A stretch of DNA of 64,000 bases from the IMG/VR virus record IMGVR_UViG_3300027805_000011, positions 3,017 through 67,016 of that record. One strand, given 5' to 3'. This stretch comes from a virus. Position numbers and translations under genes: made by a program. A model generated the notes under the pieces. It had not been told where the DNA came from, searched no databases, and saw only the letters and a program-made list of their open reading frames with translations. Below, in pieces: positions 1 to 7,746 of this stretch (its first letter is position 1; every line of letters begins with the position of its first letter).

Positions 1-959
1 ACGTCACGGGAAATCTCCGCCACTTTACGCTCCGACATGATCGGGCCGTAGTCAGGGAAGGTAGCCAGCTTGAGCCACTCGAACAGGCAGTCCGGCGCAA
101 AAATGTGCCGCGGGAGTTTTTTCTTAGCGATGACCCGATCGATATGCGCGGCCTTTTCCTCGAAGTTGAAGTGCTCCTTGGTCATCTGCGTGCATTCGGC
201 CCGTCGCGCTCCCCCGAACGCCATTGTTGCCACGTAGGCCAGTTCGTGCGGTTTCACTATGATCAAGAACCGCATCAACTGCTCCGGCGTGAAGACGGGG
301 TAGTTGGCCTTCGGCACTGCCATCAGCGTGATCTGCTCCGCGATCGTCTGGTGGTCGTCGGCCAAGTAGCGCCGTTTCTTGGCGAAGTTCTCGATTGTCC
401 GGTAGAAAGCGACCAGCTTGTGTTGGGTGTAAGGCGCGAAATGGGACTCCCGCAGCCGGCGCTCCAGGCTTTGCGGCGTGATCTGCGCCATCTTCTCCTT
501 CGGGAACCACGCTTTCAGAGCCTTCACCTGGGAGTTCACTGTCTGCTCGTGATCCTTCGAGAGCTTCTTCACGGCGAGGTCGGCAACCAACTCGTCGCAG
601 ATCTCGGCAAAACTTTTGCCCTTCGAACTCAAGACATGGAACTTCCGGAAGAACTCACACGCCTTGTGAAGCTGGTAGGGGGCCACGCTTTTCTCGCACT
701 CTAGCAGGTAGACGAGACGGGCCGCATCGACCTTGGTGTGTTCGCCCTCGGCACGGGAGAGGTGCCGGACTTTTTCCTTCGCTAGTTCAATCGCCTCGCT
801 TTTGTCGGCGCGGGTGACCCGGAAGCGTTTGTCGCCCACATACCACGTCAGACGGTAGGTCGTGTAGCGTCCGGTGCGTATCGGGTTTATCTTAACGACC
901 GAATCGCCAAGACGAACTTCCGTGCCTTTTTTCGAATCGAGAACCTTGAAATTGTCCAT
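1..959 (-). CDS. int: Tyrosine recombinase/integrase, C-terminus beyond the left window edge
   Basis: Manual translation from ATG 959 (MDNFKVLDSKK...) stays open to base 1. It contains the AFGGARRAE (G-x-R-x-x-E box I) motif followed by IAKKNSRR. It is absent from the ORF track because no stop lies in the window. Confidence 0.85.
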   Translation of the reverse strand, partial: MDNFKVLDSKKGTEVRLGDSVVKINPIRTGRYTTYRLTWYVGDKRFRVTRADKSEAIELAKEKVRHLSRAEGEHTKVDAARLVYLLECEKSVAPYQLHKACEFFRKFHVLSSKGKSFAEICDELVADLAVKKLSKDHEQTVNSQVKALKAWFPKEKMAQITPQSLERRLRESHFAPYTQHKLVAFYRTIENFAKKRRYLADDHQTIAEQITLMAVPKANYPVFTPEQLMRFLIIVKPHELAYVATMAFGGARRAECTQMTKEHFNFEEKAAHIDRVIAKKKLPRHIFAPDCLFEWLKLATFPDYGPIMSERKVAEISRD

Positions 960-977
960 GCGGATTATGACCAAACT

Positions 978-1179
978 TGGGTAGAATCGTTCAAAATTCG
1001 ACATAACCGCACATAAAAATAATGAAACAATTCGTCGTAAACCACTGTCCGACAGAGAAATGGACAACCTGAAAATATGCAGCGCGCACGGGATTCGAAG
1101 CGGTGTGCCAAAATGCGTAAATCTCTGATGGGTAGAGAGATGTCAGCTATCAAATTAGGTCTCGACCCAATTCGACCCA
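978..1179. repeat. Four YTCKACCCA repeats, putative integrase arm-type sites
   Basis: Minus strand at 978-986 and 1129-1137; plus-strand tandem pair at 1161-1169 and 1171-1179. They flank the tRNA-like core. Confidence 0.6.
1078..1099 (-). mobile_element. Putative attP core: 3' fragment of a tRNA (T-loop plus acceptor 3' strand)
   Basis: The minus strand reads TTCGAATCCCGTGCGCGCTGCA. The 5' T-stem partner is missing, so this is not an intact tRNA. It lies between int and terL. Confidence 0.6.
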
Positions 1180-1192
1180 GCTTTTTAATTCC

Positions 1193-2971
1193 ATGTCTTT
1201 GATTTTAGTGAAATCCGGCATTCAACCGCCAGCCGGATCGTTTCAACGCTACGGCGCGTGGTGGCCGCAGCACACCGCGGACTGGGCGATTGAGTTGTTT
1301 TGTTTCCGCGGACTGGGCACCGAGGAAATGGAGGTTCTTCCGAGGGAGCAGCACTTCAAAAACGCCGCCCAAATGTTCTTCCACAAAAAGACGGAGAACT
1401 TCATTTGGCACCCTTGGGCGGAAGACATGCTCTACGAATGCTGTCACCACAAGTTTGTCGCCTTTGCGGGCTGCGGCTCTTCGGGCAAGTCGGAGTTTAT
1501 GGCGATCTGGGCTTTGCTCAACTGGCTGGCGGCTCCGTTTCATACGCTCTCGCTGGTGACGAGCACTTCGATCCGTGATGCGAAGAAGCGGGTGTGGGGA
1601 GCGGTGCAGCGGTATTGGCCCTGCATCAAACCCGTCGCTCCTGGCAAGCTGGCCGACACTCCGACTCCGGCGATCTATGTCATCCGGAATGGGGAGAGGA
1701 TGGAACAGGCTGGGGTGTATCTGATTCCGGCTGAAGCTAAGAAGACTTCGGAGGTCACCGGCAAGATGCGAGGCATGAAGGCTCACCGCGTCATTGTCGC
1801 GGCGGATGAGTTGAGTGAGTTGGGTCATGCGTTCTTGGACACGGCACTCTCGAACCTCTCGAACAACCCCGAGCTCCGCATCTGTGCCGCGGCCAATCCA
1901 GTCTCTTACTACGATCCGTTTGGCCGCTTTGCCGAGCCGAAAGACGGGTGGGGAAGTATTTCGGTCAACGATGATCGCTGGGACACAAAGATCGGCGGCA
2001 CCTGCCTACACTTCGACGCGCTGAAGAATCCGAACTACTTGGCCGGAGAGAACAAGTGGCCGATCCAGAAATGGGAAAAAATCGACGAGGCCCGCGAGCG
2101 GCTCGGGGAGGATAATCCGATCTTCTGGCGCGACTACCGGGGGTTTTGGCCTCCGCAGGCAGTTTCGAAAGCTATCTACTCGGAGGCAGAAATTGTCCGC
2201 TTCCAAGCCGATCAAAAGCCGGTATGGAAGGGCCGAGTCGAGCGCGTGGCCGGAATCGACCCTTCCTTTGTGAGCGGCGGGGACAGATGTGTGCTTTATC
2301 TCGGGAGTTTTGGCCAGAACAAAGATGGGGCGGACCAGGTATCATTTGATACTTTTCACTTCCTCGACGAGGAGGCGAGCAATCCGGAGCCGAGGACGTT
2401 TCAAATTGCACGGAAGATCCAGCAGATCGTCAACGAGGCGGGCGTTCCGTGGCGGAATGTCGGTGTCGACGTGACGGGCGGCGGTGTGCCGTTCTGCGAT
2501 GCACTTGCCACGGTGTGTGGCTCGAACGAATTTCAACGTGTCCACTTCGGCGGAGCCCCGTCGAGCCGATCGCTCTCGGCTTACGATTCCACCCCTGCCG
2601 ACGAAAAGTATGTCAACAAGGTCACCGAGCTTTGGTTCGGGGCCAAAGAGTTTTTGGCGAGCGGTCAGCTTCGCGGGATCGGTCCGGATCTCGCTCGGGA
2701 GATGACCAGCCGGAACTACGACACAAGGAAGTCCGGTTCGATGAAGGTCGTGGTGGAATCGAAGACCGACATGAAAGCCCGGATCGGTCGGTCGCCGGAC
2801 GTGGCCGATGCCGCCTTTGTCATGCTCGATGTCGTCCGCGAGCGGTTCGGGATGCGTCCTCCGCAGGAGGGTGGCAGCGGGAAAAGGGGCGGGCAGACGA
2901 AATGGAAGCAGGCGATGATGGGCGGGAGGTTTGCCCCGCGACGGTCACCGAGTTTGTTGACCTCGGTTTAG
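1193..2971 (+). CDS. terL: Terminase large subunit
   Basis: 592 aa with Walker A GCGSSGKS, Walker B VAADE, nuclease motifs GIDP...GGD and SPDVADA. Confidence 0.92.
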   Translation: MSLILVKSGIQPPAGSFQRYGAWWPQHTADWAIELFCFRGLGTEEMEVLPREQHFKNAAQMFFHKKTENFIWHPWAEDMLYECCHHKFVAFAGCGSSGKSEFMAIWALLNWLAAPFHTLSLVTSTSIRDAKKRVWGAVQRYWPCIKPVAPGKLADTPTPAIYVIRNGERMEQAGVYLIPAEAKKTSEVTGKMRGMKAHRVIVAADELSELGHAFLDTALSNLSNNPELRICAAANPVSYYDPFGRFAEPKDGWGSISVNDDRWDTKIGGTCLHFDALKNPNYLAGENKWPIQKWEKIDEARERLGEDNPIFWRDYRGFWPPQAVSKAIYSEAEIVRFQADQKPVWKGRVERVAGIDPSFVSGGDRCVLYLGSFGQNKDGADQVSFDTFHFLDEEASNPEPRTFQIARKIQQIVNEAGVPWRNVGVDVTGGGVPFCDALATVCGSNEFQRVHFGGAPSSRSLSAYDSTPADEKYVNKVTELWFGAKEFLASGQLRGIGPDLAREMTSRNYDTRKSGSMKVVVESKTDMKARIGRSPDVADAAFVMLDVVRERFGMRPPQEGGSGKRGGQTKWKQAMMGGRFAPRRSPSLLTSV

Positions 2972-2976
2972 TAGGA

Positions 2977-2990
2977 TATAATAACCGCAC
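2977..2990 (+). promoter_or_regulatory. TAATAAC-YSYRC motif (representative copy; about 17 in the window), putative phage promoter or translation-initiation element
   Basis: TATAATAACCGCAC lies directly before ATG 2991. Similar copies occur in sense orientation before many genes on both strands (see findings). Confidence 0.55.
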
Positions 2991-3176
2991 ATGCCGGCCT
3001 ATTACCCAGAAGGTGACACCCCGCTTTTGACCGACAGCTTTGAGCGCCTCCTGCACAAAGCGGTGTCGCTTTTGAGTGAGCAGAACGGCGGCACCGATGC
3101 GCCCGATCCAACCGACTCGGAGGAGACCCTCATGTTCAAGCTGGTGAAAAACCTGAACACCCTGATAAATGCCTAG
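2991..3176 (+). CDS. Small protein of the MPxY(Y/F)PE N-terminal family
   Basis: 61 aa, paralogous to the first 60 aa of the next gene. Confidence 0.75.
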   Translation: MPAYYPEGDTPLLTDSFERLLHKAVSLLSEQNGGTDAPDPTDSEETLMFKLVKNLNTLINA

Positions 3177-4146
3177 CTACTTTCCAGAAGGTAATACGCC
3201 ACGCCCGACCGACAGCTTCGAGCGGCTCTTGCAAAAAGCCGCGTCGTTGGTCAGCGCCCGCAATGGCGGGGCCGATGCCCCGTCGCCCGACGACTCCCGC
3301 GAGCGCACCATGTATAAGTTCGTCAGGGGCTTGAGCGCGTCGATCAGCGAATCGAGCAACCTGGACCCCGACGCCCTGGCCTATGCCGTGGCCAGCGGTG
3401 CGGCTGATGTCGTCGCCATCGACGCTTTCGTCAAAGGGGTCAAATCCCTCGGACTATGGAACAATATGGTGTGCTGGCCGCTTCGCAGTCGCCAGAACGC
3501 CGGAACAGGGACCGTGGTGCATAGTCTTGGTGGGTTGGGGACGTTTAATGGGACGCTGGTCAATGGGCCTGCTTGGGGTGCGGATGGCATCGACATCAAT
3601 GCGGCTATCTCGCCCACGCCGTCGATCAGCATCGACCCATCGCCGCTTTCCGATTTTGCCAACGGGCATTCGTGGTTTGTGGTGATGAAGCCTACTGGGC
3701 CAAATCCGGCAGGAGGCACATTTGACGACCAGTGGAGAGCTCTGCAAGCCGGAGTCGTCCTGCAAGCAGGAGCGACCGGAACAGGCGGCACAAGTGGGTG
3801 GATGGTTAACGCTAGAACGCAAACCGAGCGGAGGTATTCCCAATCAGCTATTTTAGGTTATGGATCAGTCCGCAACAACTTTGGCTTTGTAGCCACAAAC
3901 TCATCAAGCGGGTCTACGAGCTACAAATATGCGTTGGAAAATTTGACACCAGTCTCACCGCCAACAGGGACAACTGTTTTCTACAGCGGAACCAATTTGA
4001 GTATTACCGCGGCTGGATCAACCTCACGCAACACCAGCGCCTTCGTCCTTGTCACCACGCCGCAATTCAATTTGAGCGCATCGCTACAGACGGCGCTGGA
4101 GACCCTCTACAAATCAACACTAGGCACCGGCCTCGGCCTCCCGTAA
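3169..4146 (+). CDS. Putative virion accessory protein with lectin-like variable core (paralogue 1)
   Basis: 325 aa with MPSYFPE N-terminus. Shares IDAFVKGVK..LGLWN.MVCWPLR and the C-terminal LYK.TLGTGLGLP with 4149-5042. The core is Ser/Thr/Gly-rich. Confidence 0.65.
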   Translation: MPSYFPEGNTPRPTDSFERLLQKAASLVSARNGGADAPSPDDSRERTMYKFVRGLSASISESSNLDPDALAYAVASGAADVVAIDAFVKGVKSLGLWNNMVCWPLRSRQNAGTGTVVHSLGGLGTFNGTLVNGPAWGADGIDINAAISPTPSISIDPSPLSDFANGHSWFVVMKPTGPNPAGGTFDDQWRALQAGVVLQAGATGTGGTSGWMVNARTQTERRYSQSAILGYGSVRNNFGFVATNSSSGSTSYKYALENLTPVSPPTGTTVFYSGTNLSITAAGSTSRNTSAFVLVTTPQFNLSASLQTALETLYKSTLGTGLGLP

Positions 4147-4148
4147 TT

Positions 4149-5042
4149 ATGCCAAACTACTTCCCAGAAAACGACACAGCCTTGCCGACGGATTCTTCGG
4201 AGCGTTCGATGGCGAAGGTTGTCTCGCAGTTACCGGCGGCTTTGGATGTCATCGGCTTGGAGCCGGAGACCGCAGTCTATGTGGCGCGTAGCGGAGCGAC
4301 CGATGTCGCGGCGATCGACGCTTTTGTCAAAGGCGTCAAAGAGCTTGGGTTGTGGAATAGCATGGTGTGTTGGCCGTTGCGGAGGTCGCAGAATTCCGGA
4401 GGCGTGAATCCCAATAGTAATATCGTCTACTCCCTCGGCGGCCTCGGCACGTTCAACGGCACGCGGGTCAATGGGCCTGCTTGGACGGCGGATGGGATCG
4501 CCCATAGCCCAACCCAGTATATTGACATCCGCTTTGGCTCTAATCGCGGCCCGACAAGCGCAATAGTGGGCGCTGTCACAAAAAGCGCCAACAACCAAGG
4601 ATCTGGATTTGCTTATTGCTCATCATTGAGCACTAACGCCTATACCGAAAACAGCCTGTCAATCTTGTCGTTTGGCACAAGTGGCAATAGCTGGTGCACA
4701 GAAGCATATGTAGCGTCTTCGCTCGTGGCTCGTGGCTCCGCAATCAACAACACGGATAATGTGTTCCGCTGGACCCAAGCGCAAAAAACTTCTTCAGACA
4801 CTATTGTAAGAGTTAATGGCTCAACGCAAGCCGTAAGTCTTGCCGGTGGCTTGACTTACGACCGACTTATTTCGGCCGGTAGATGGGCTGCCAACAGTGT
4901 CCAGAACGGAGCGGCAGGACAGTTCTCTGTTTCTTACGAGGGCACGCACGCTTTCATGTTCGTGCTGGAAGGTTCAAGCGATTTTTACAACGCCTACTCC
5001 CTCTACAAAACCACCCTCGGCACCGGCCTCGGCCTCCCTTGA
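4149..5042 (+). CDS. Putative virion accessory protein (paralogue 2)
   Basis: 297 aa with the same conserved flanks as 3169-4146 but an unrelated central region. Confidence 0.65.
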   Translation: MPNYFPENDTALPTDSSERSMAKVVSQLPAALDVIGLEPETAVYVARSGATDVAAIDAFVKGVKELGLWNSMVCWPLRRSQNSGGVNPNSNIVYSLGGLGTFNGTRVNGPAWTADGIAHSPTQYIDIRFGSNRGPTSAIVGAVTKSANNQGSGFAYCSSLSTNAYTENSLSILSFGTSGNSWCTEAYVASSLVARGSAINNTDNVFRWTQAQKTSSDTIVRVNGSTQAVSLAGGLTYDRLISAGRWAANSVQNGAAGQFSVSYEGTHAFMFVLEGSSDFYNAYSLYKTTLGTGLGLP

Positions 5043-5043
5043 T

Positions 5044-5391
5044 ATGCCATTTGAGCAAACAGAACGCATCATCGCCGTGGCGGCAGACGCCGTGGGCACG
5101 TTGTTCCCTGCGCTTCTCACCCAATACGGTGAAGCCTTGCCCGATGCTGATCGGCAGATTCTCACGATCGGCGGGCACTGGGACGATGCTGACAAGACCC
5201 GCATCCGTGCGGCTTCGCTTACCGATGGCACGATTACCGGGCAACCGCTCACCGACGGGCGGGTCGCCTTTCGGTGTCTTTGGCAGGCGGACTTGGCCGC
5301 TGCGTTTGATGAGGATGGGATCGAGGGCGTCGAGCAACTGAGTGAAGAGCAACTGGCCGCATTGACGCCAGCACCGGAAGCTGAGTTGTAG
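5044..5391 (+). CDS. Hypothetical protein
   Basis: ATG 5044 follows the stop at 5042. The ORF-track start at 4897 overlaps the upstream gene and is unlikely. Confidence 0.7.
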   Translation: MPFEQTERIIAVAADAVGTLFPALLTQYGEALPDADRQILTIGGHWDDADKTRIRAASLTDGTITGQPLTDGRVAFRCLWQADLAAAFDEDGIEGVEQLSEEQLAALTPAPEAEL

Positions 5392-5405
5392 TATCATAAC
5401 TCCAC

Positions 5406-5597
5406 ATGTCGTATCGAGTCACGGTTGAAGAGCTTCGCAAAGGCGCACCGCCCTTGCGGATGATTTCGCTCACGGGCGCGGATTGGCTCCAAGCCATCGA
5501 CGCGGTGACCGAAGTGCTCTCCCGCGAGGACGGCTACTTCAACCAAGAGGAAGACGACAACACGGCCACTGAGCCGGATGATGAATTACTTTCATAG
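5406..5597 (+). CDS. Hypothetical acidic protein
   Basis: 63 aa, preceded by the CATAACTCCAC motif. Confidence 0.6.
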   Translation: MSYRVTVEELRKGAPPLRMISLTGADWLQAIDAVTEVLSREDGYFNQEEDDNTATEPDDELLS

Positions 5598-6555
5598 CGG
5601 GGACTTAGGCGATGTCATCTATGCCCTGCCCGCGATCCGGGCTTTGGGTAAAGGCGATCTGTATCTGAACTCCCGTCCGTGGACGGCGAAGATGACGCCC
5701 GAGCGGGCCAACGTGCTTCGTCCGCTCCTCGAATCCCAGGACTACATCGGCAAGGTGATTCACGGGGATGCGCCGAAGTCCGAATACGTAGTCAACTTCT
5801 CCACGTTCCGGAACGGCGGGTTGATCTATGGGGTCAGCCTCATGGAACTGCAAAGCGATTGGGTCAATGCCAACGCGGAGCCGGAACCTTGGTTGAAGGT
5901 CGCGCCATCGGCCAAATCCCGTGGCCGCATCGTTTGTCATCGCAGCCCGCGATATCACAATCCGTATTTCCGCTGGGATGAGATCGGCGAGAAGTTCGGC
6001 ACGCAGCTTCTTTTTGTCGGAATGCCGCATGAAGTCGAGGAACTACGACGAGTGACCAAGATCCATGCCGAATATGCCGTCACGCAGGATTACCTCGAAC
6101 TCGCTCGGCTGATTGCGGGCGCGGATCTTTTCATCGGCAACCAATCATCCCCGATGGGCTTGGCGATCGGCCTCGGGGTGCCGTTTATCCAAGAGACATG
6201 CCTCTGGACGCCCGACTGCCTCTACCCGCGAAAGAATGGTTTCTATTCCTACAACGGAGGAATCCCGAGCCTGGATATCCCTGAGTTTATCCCCCCGCCG
6301 GATGTCGACCGCAATGTGATGCCTCCGGGCGGATGGCAAGTGATCTCCCTTCGCACGGGTGAGCGCGCCACCTTCAAGTCGCACCGCTTGGCGACCAAGC
6401 ACCTCAAGGGTTACGACCGCTATCTCAACGACGAATCCGCCGCCCAAGAGGTTGACCGGCAGAATGCGGTCCGCATCCCGCACCTCGTCCGGCGCGACAG
6501 TGCATTCCAAATCTTTGGGAAAGTTAAGCCGCTGGTCGACGCGGTATCCAAATGA
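5578..6555 (+). CDS. GT9 (heptosyltransferase-like, GT-B fold) glycosyltransferase
   Basis: N-terminal HSGDLGDVIYALPAIRAL and C-lobe LARLIAGADLFIGNQSSPMGLAIGLGVP match GT9 signatures. Confidence 0.7.
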   Translation: MMNYFHSGDLGDVIYALPAIRALGKGDLYLNSRPWTAKMTPERANVLRPLLESQDYIGKVIHGDAPKSEYVVNFSTFRNGGLIYGVSLMELQSDWVNANAEPEPWLKVAPSAKSRGRIVCHRSPRYHNPYFRWDEIGEKFGTQLLFVGMPHEVEELRRVTKIHAEYAVTQDYLELARLIAGADLFIGNQSSPMGLAIGLGVPFIQETCLWTPDCLYPRKNGFYSYNGGIPSLDIPEFIPPPDVDRNVMPPGGWQVISLRTGERATFKSHRLATKHLKGYDRYLNDESAAQEVDRQNAVRIPHLVRRDSAFQIFGKVKPLVDAVSK

Positions 6556-6959
6556 CCAACTGCGAAAAAGGCACTCACGCCGAATTGTTGTTTGCTGCGG
6601 AGGCAACCTCTCGAAAATTCAATATCTTGATCCCGATGGGTCCGACCAGCAGCACGGTCGATGTTTGGATCGTCGCGGCGGCGGGGCGTCCGATCAGTGT
6701 CCAGGTCAAACGGGCTTGGGTTGACCCAAAGCGCCGCCTGTATCAAGTGAAGGTTTCCCGCCGCGGGACGCGCAAGAAGAAGCCAGCCAAGTATAAAGCC
6801 GGCGATTTCGATATCCTTGCCGCCTATCTTCCGGACGTGAACCAGTTCGTCTTGTGGAAATTCAAAGAGATCAAGAACCGGGGTAAGATCAGCTACACTC
6901 CCCGCATCCATCGTCAGCCCGGCAACTGGGAACTCCTCGAACAGTTTGTTGCCTCTTAG
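6552..6959 (+). CDS. PD-(D/E)XK endonuclease, free-standing homing-type
   Basis: G..AELLFAA, VDVW and SVQVKR motifs in 135 aa. Confidence 0.7.
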   Translation: MTNCEKGTHAELLFAAEATSRKFNILIPMGPTSSTVDVWIVAAAGRPISVQVKRAWVDPKRRLYQVKVSRRGTRKKKPAKYKAGDFDILAAYLPDVNQFVLWKFKEIKNRGKISYTPRIHRQPGNWELLEQFVAS

Positions 6960-6990
6960 GTATTCGGCTATAATAACCGCACATCCGCGT

Positions 6991-7746
6991 ATGCTACTTG
7001 TCCTTCCCGTCAGCAAGGCCGACCTGAAGCTCGCCACCGCTCTGGCTGGCCATCTTGAGCTTTTGGGCGGGCTGGCGCGTCACAAGCTCCTTGTGGTCGG
7101 AACGATCCAGACCAAGGACGAGGCGGCGGCTCTGAAGGAGAGATTGGCCCCGCTTTTTGCCTCGGCCGACCTCTTTGTTCCGGATTCCGAGTGTGAACTC
7201 GGCTGGCCCCAAAGTGCCAATCACCTTTGGGCGCGGACGGTCCGCCACCTCCAGCACAGCGCGAATAAAGACATATGGTATTGGTTCGAGGCCGACAATA
7301 CCCCGATTCGGGAAGATTGGCTTGATGCGATCGAGACCGAATACAACCAGGCCCAAAAGCCGTTTCTGGGCGCGGTCCAGCCGACCCGGATGCTCGACCG
7401 CAAGACCCGCGAGTTCGTCAAAGTCGACGGCGAGCATGTCATCGGCACTTGTGTTTATCCGGCCGATTTCCACGGCCGCTCGCTGCTTTGGAGCTATGTC
7501 CGTCTCGATGACGGCCCGAATGTCGAACCCTTCGACGTGTATCTCCGCCACGAGATGCGTCCGAACACGGCGGTCTCCAAACTGATCCACAACAACTGGC
7601 GCACGAAGAACTACGAGATCGGACCGAAAGGTGAGATCTACTGCGACCCGATCGACGACCTCTCAGTCTACGGTCCCGTGCCCGCCGATGCCGCCGTCGT
7701 CCACGGATGTAAGGACGGCTCGCTTATAGAAGCCCTGCAAAAATGA
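6991..7746 (+). CDS. Putative GT-A-like glycosyltransferase or hypothetical enzyme
   Basis: WYWFEADNTPIREDWL resembles a DxD-like motif following a hydrophobic strand. ATG 6991 follows the TATAATAACCGCAC motif. Confidence 0.4.
   Translation: MLLVLPVSKADLKLATALAGHLELLGGLARHKLLVVGTIQTKDEAAALKERLAPLFASADLFVPDSECELGWPQSANHLWARTVRHLQHSANKDIWYWFEADNTPIREDWLDAIETEYNQAQKPFLGAVQPTRMLDRKTREFVKVDGEHVIGTCVYPADFHGRSLLWSYVRLDDGPNVEPFDVYLRHEMRPNTAVSKLIHNNWRTKNYEIGPKGEIYCDPIDDLSVYGPVPADAAVVHGCKDGSLIEALQK

Noticed and set aside
105-704. 199-aa plus-strand ORF
   Set aside because: It is the antisense shadow of the integrase, which carries the recognisable motifs.
1078-1110. Possible tRNA gene
   Set aside because: Only the T-loop and 3' acceptor strand are present; the T-stem 5' strand, anticodon arm and D arm are missing.
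3169-5042. Diversity-generating retroelement acting on the paralogue ends
   Set aside because: No reverse transcriptase in the window, and no template repeat differing only at adenines.
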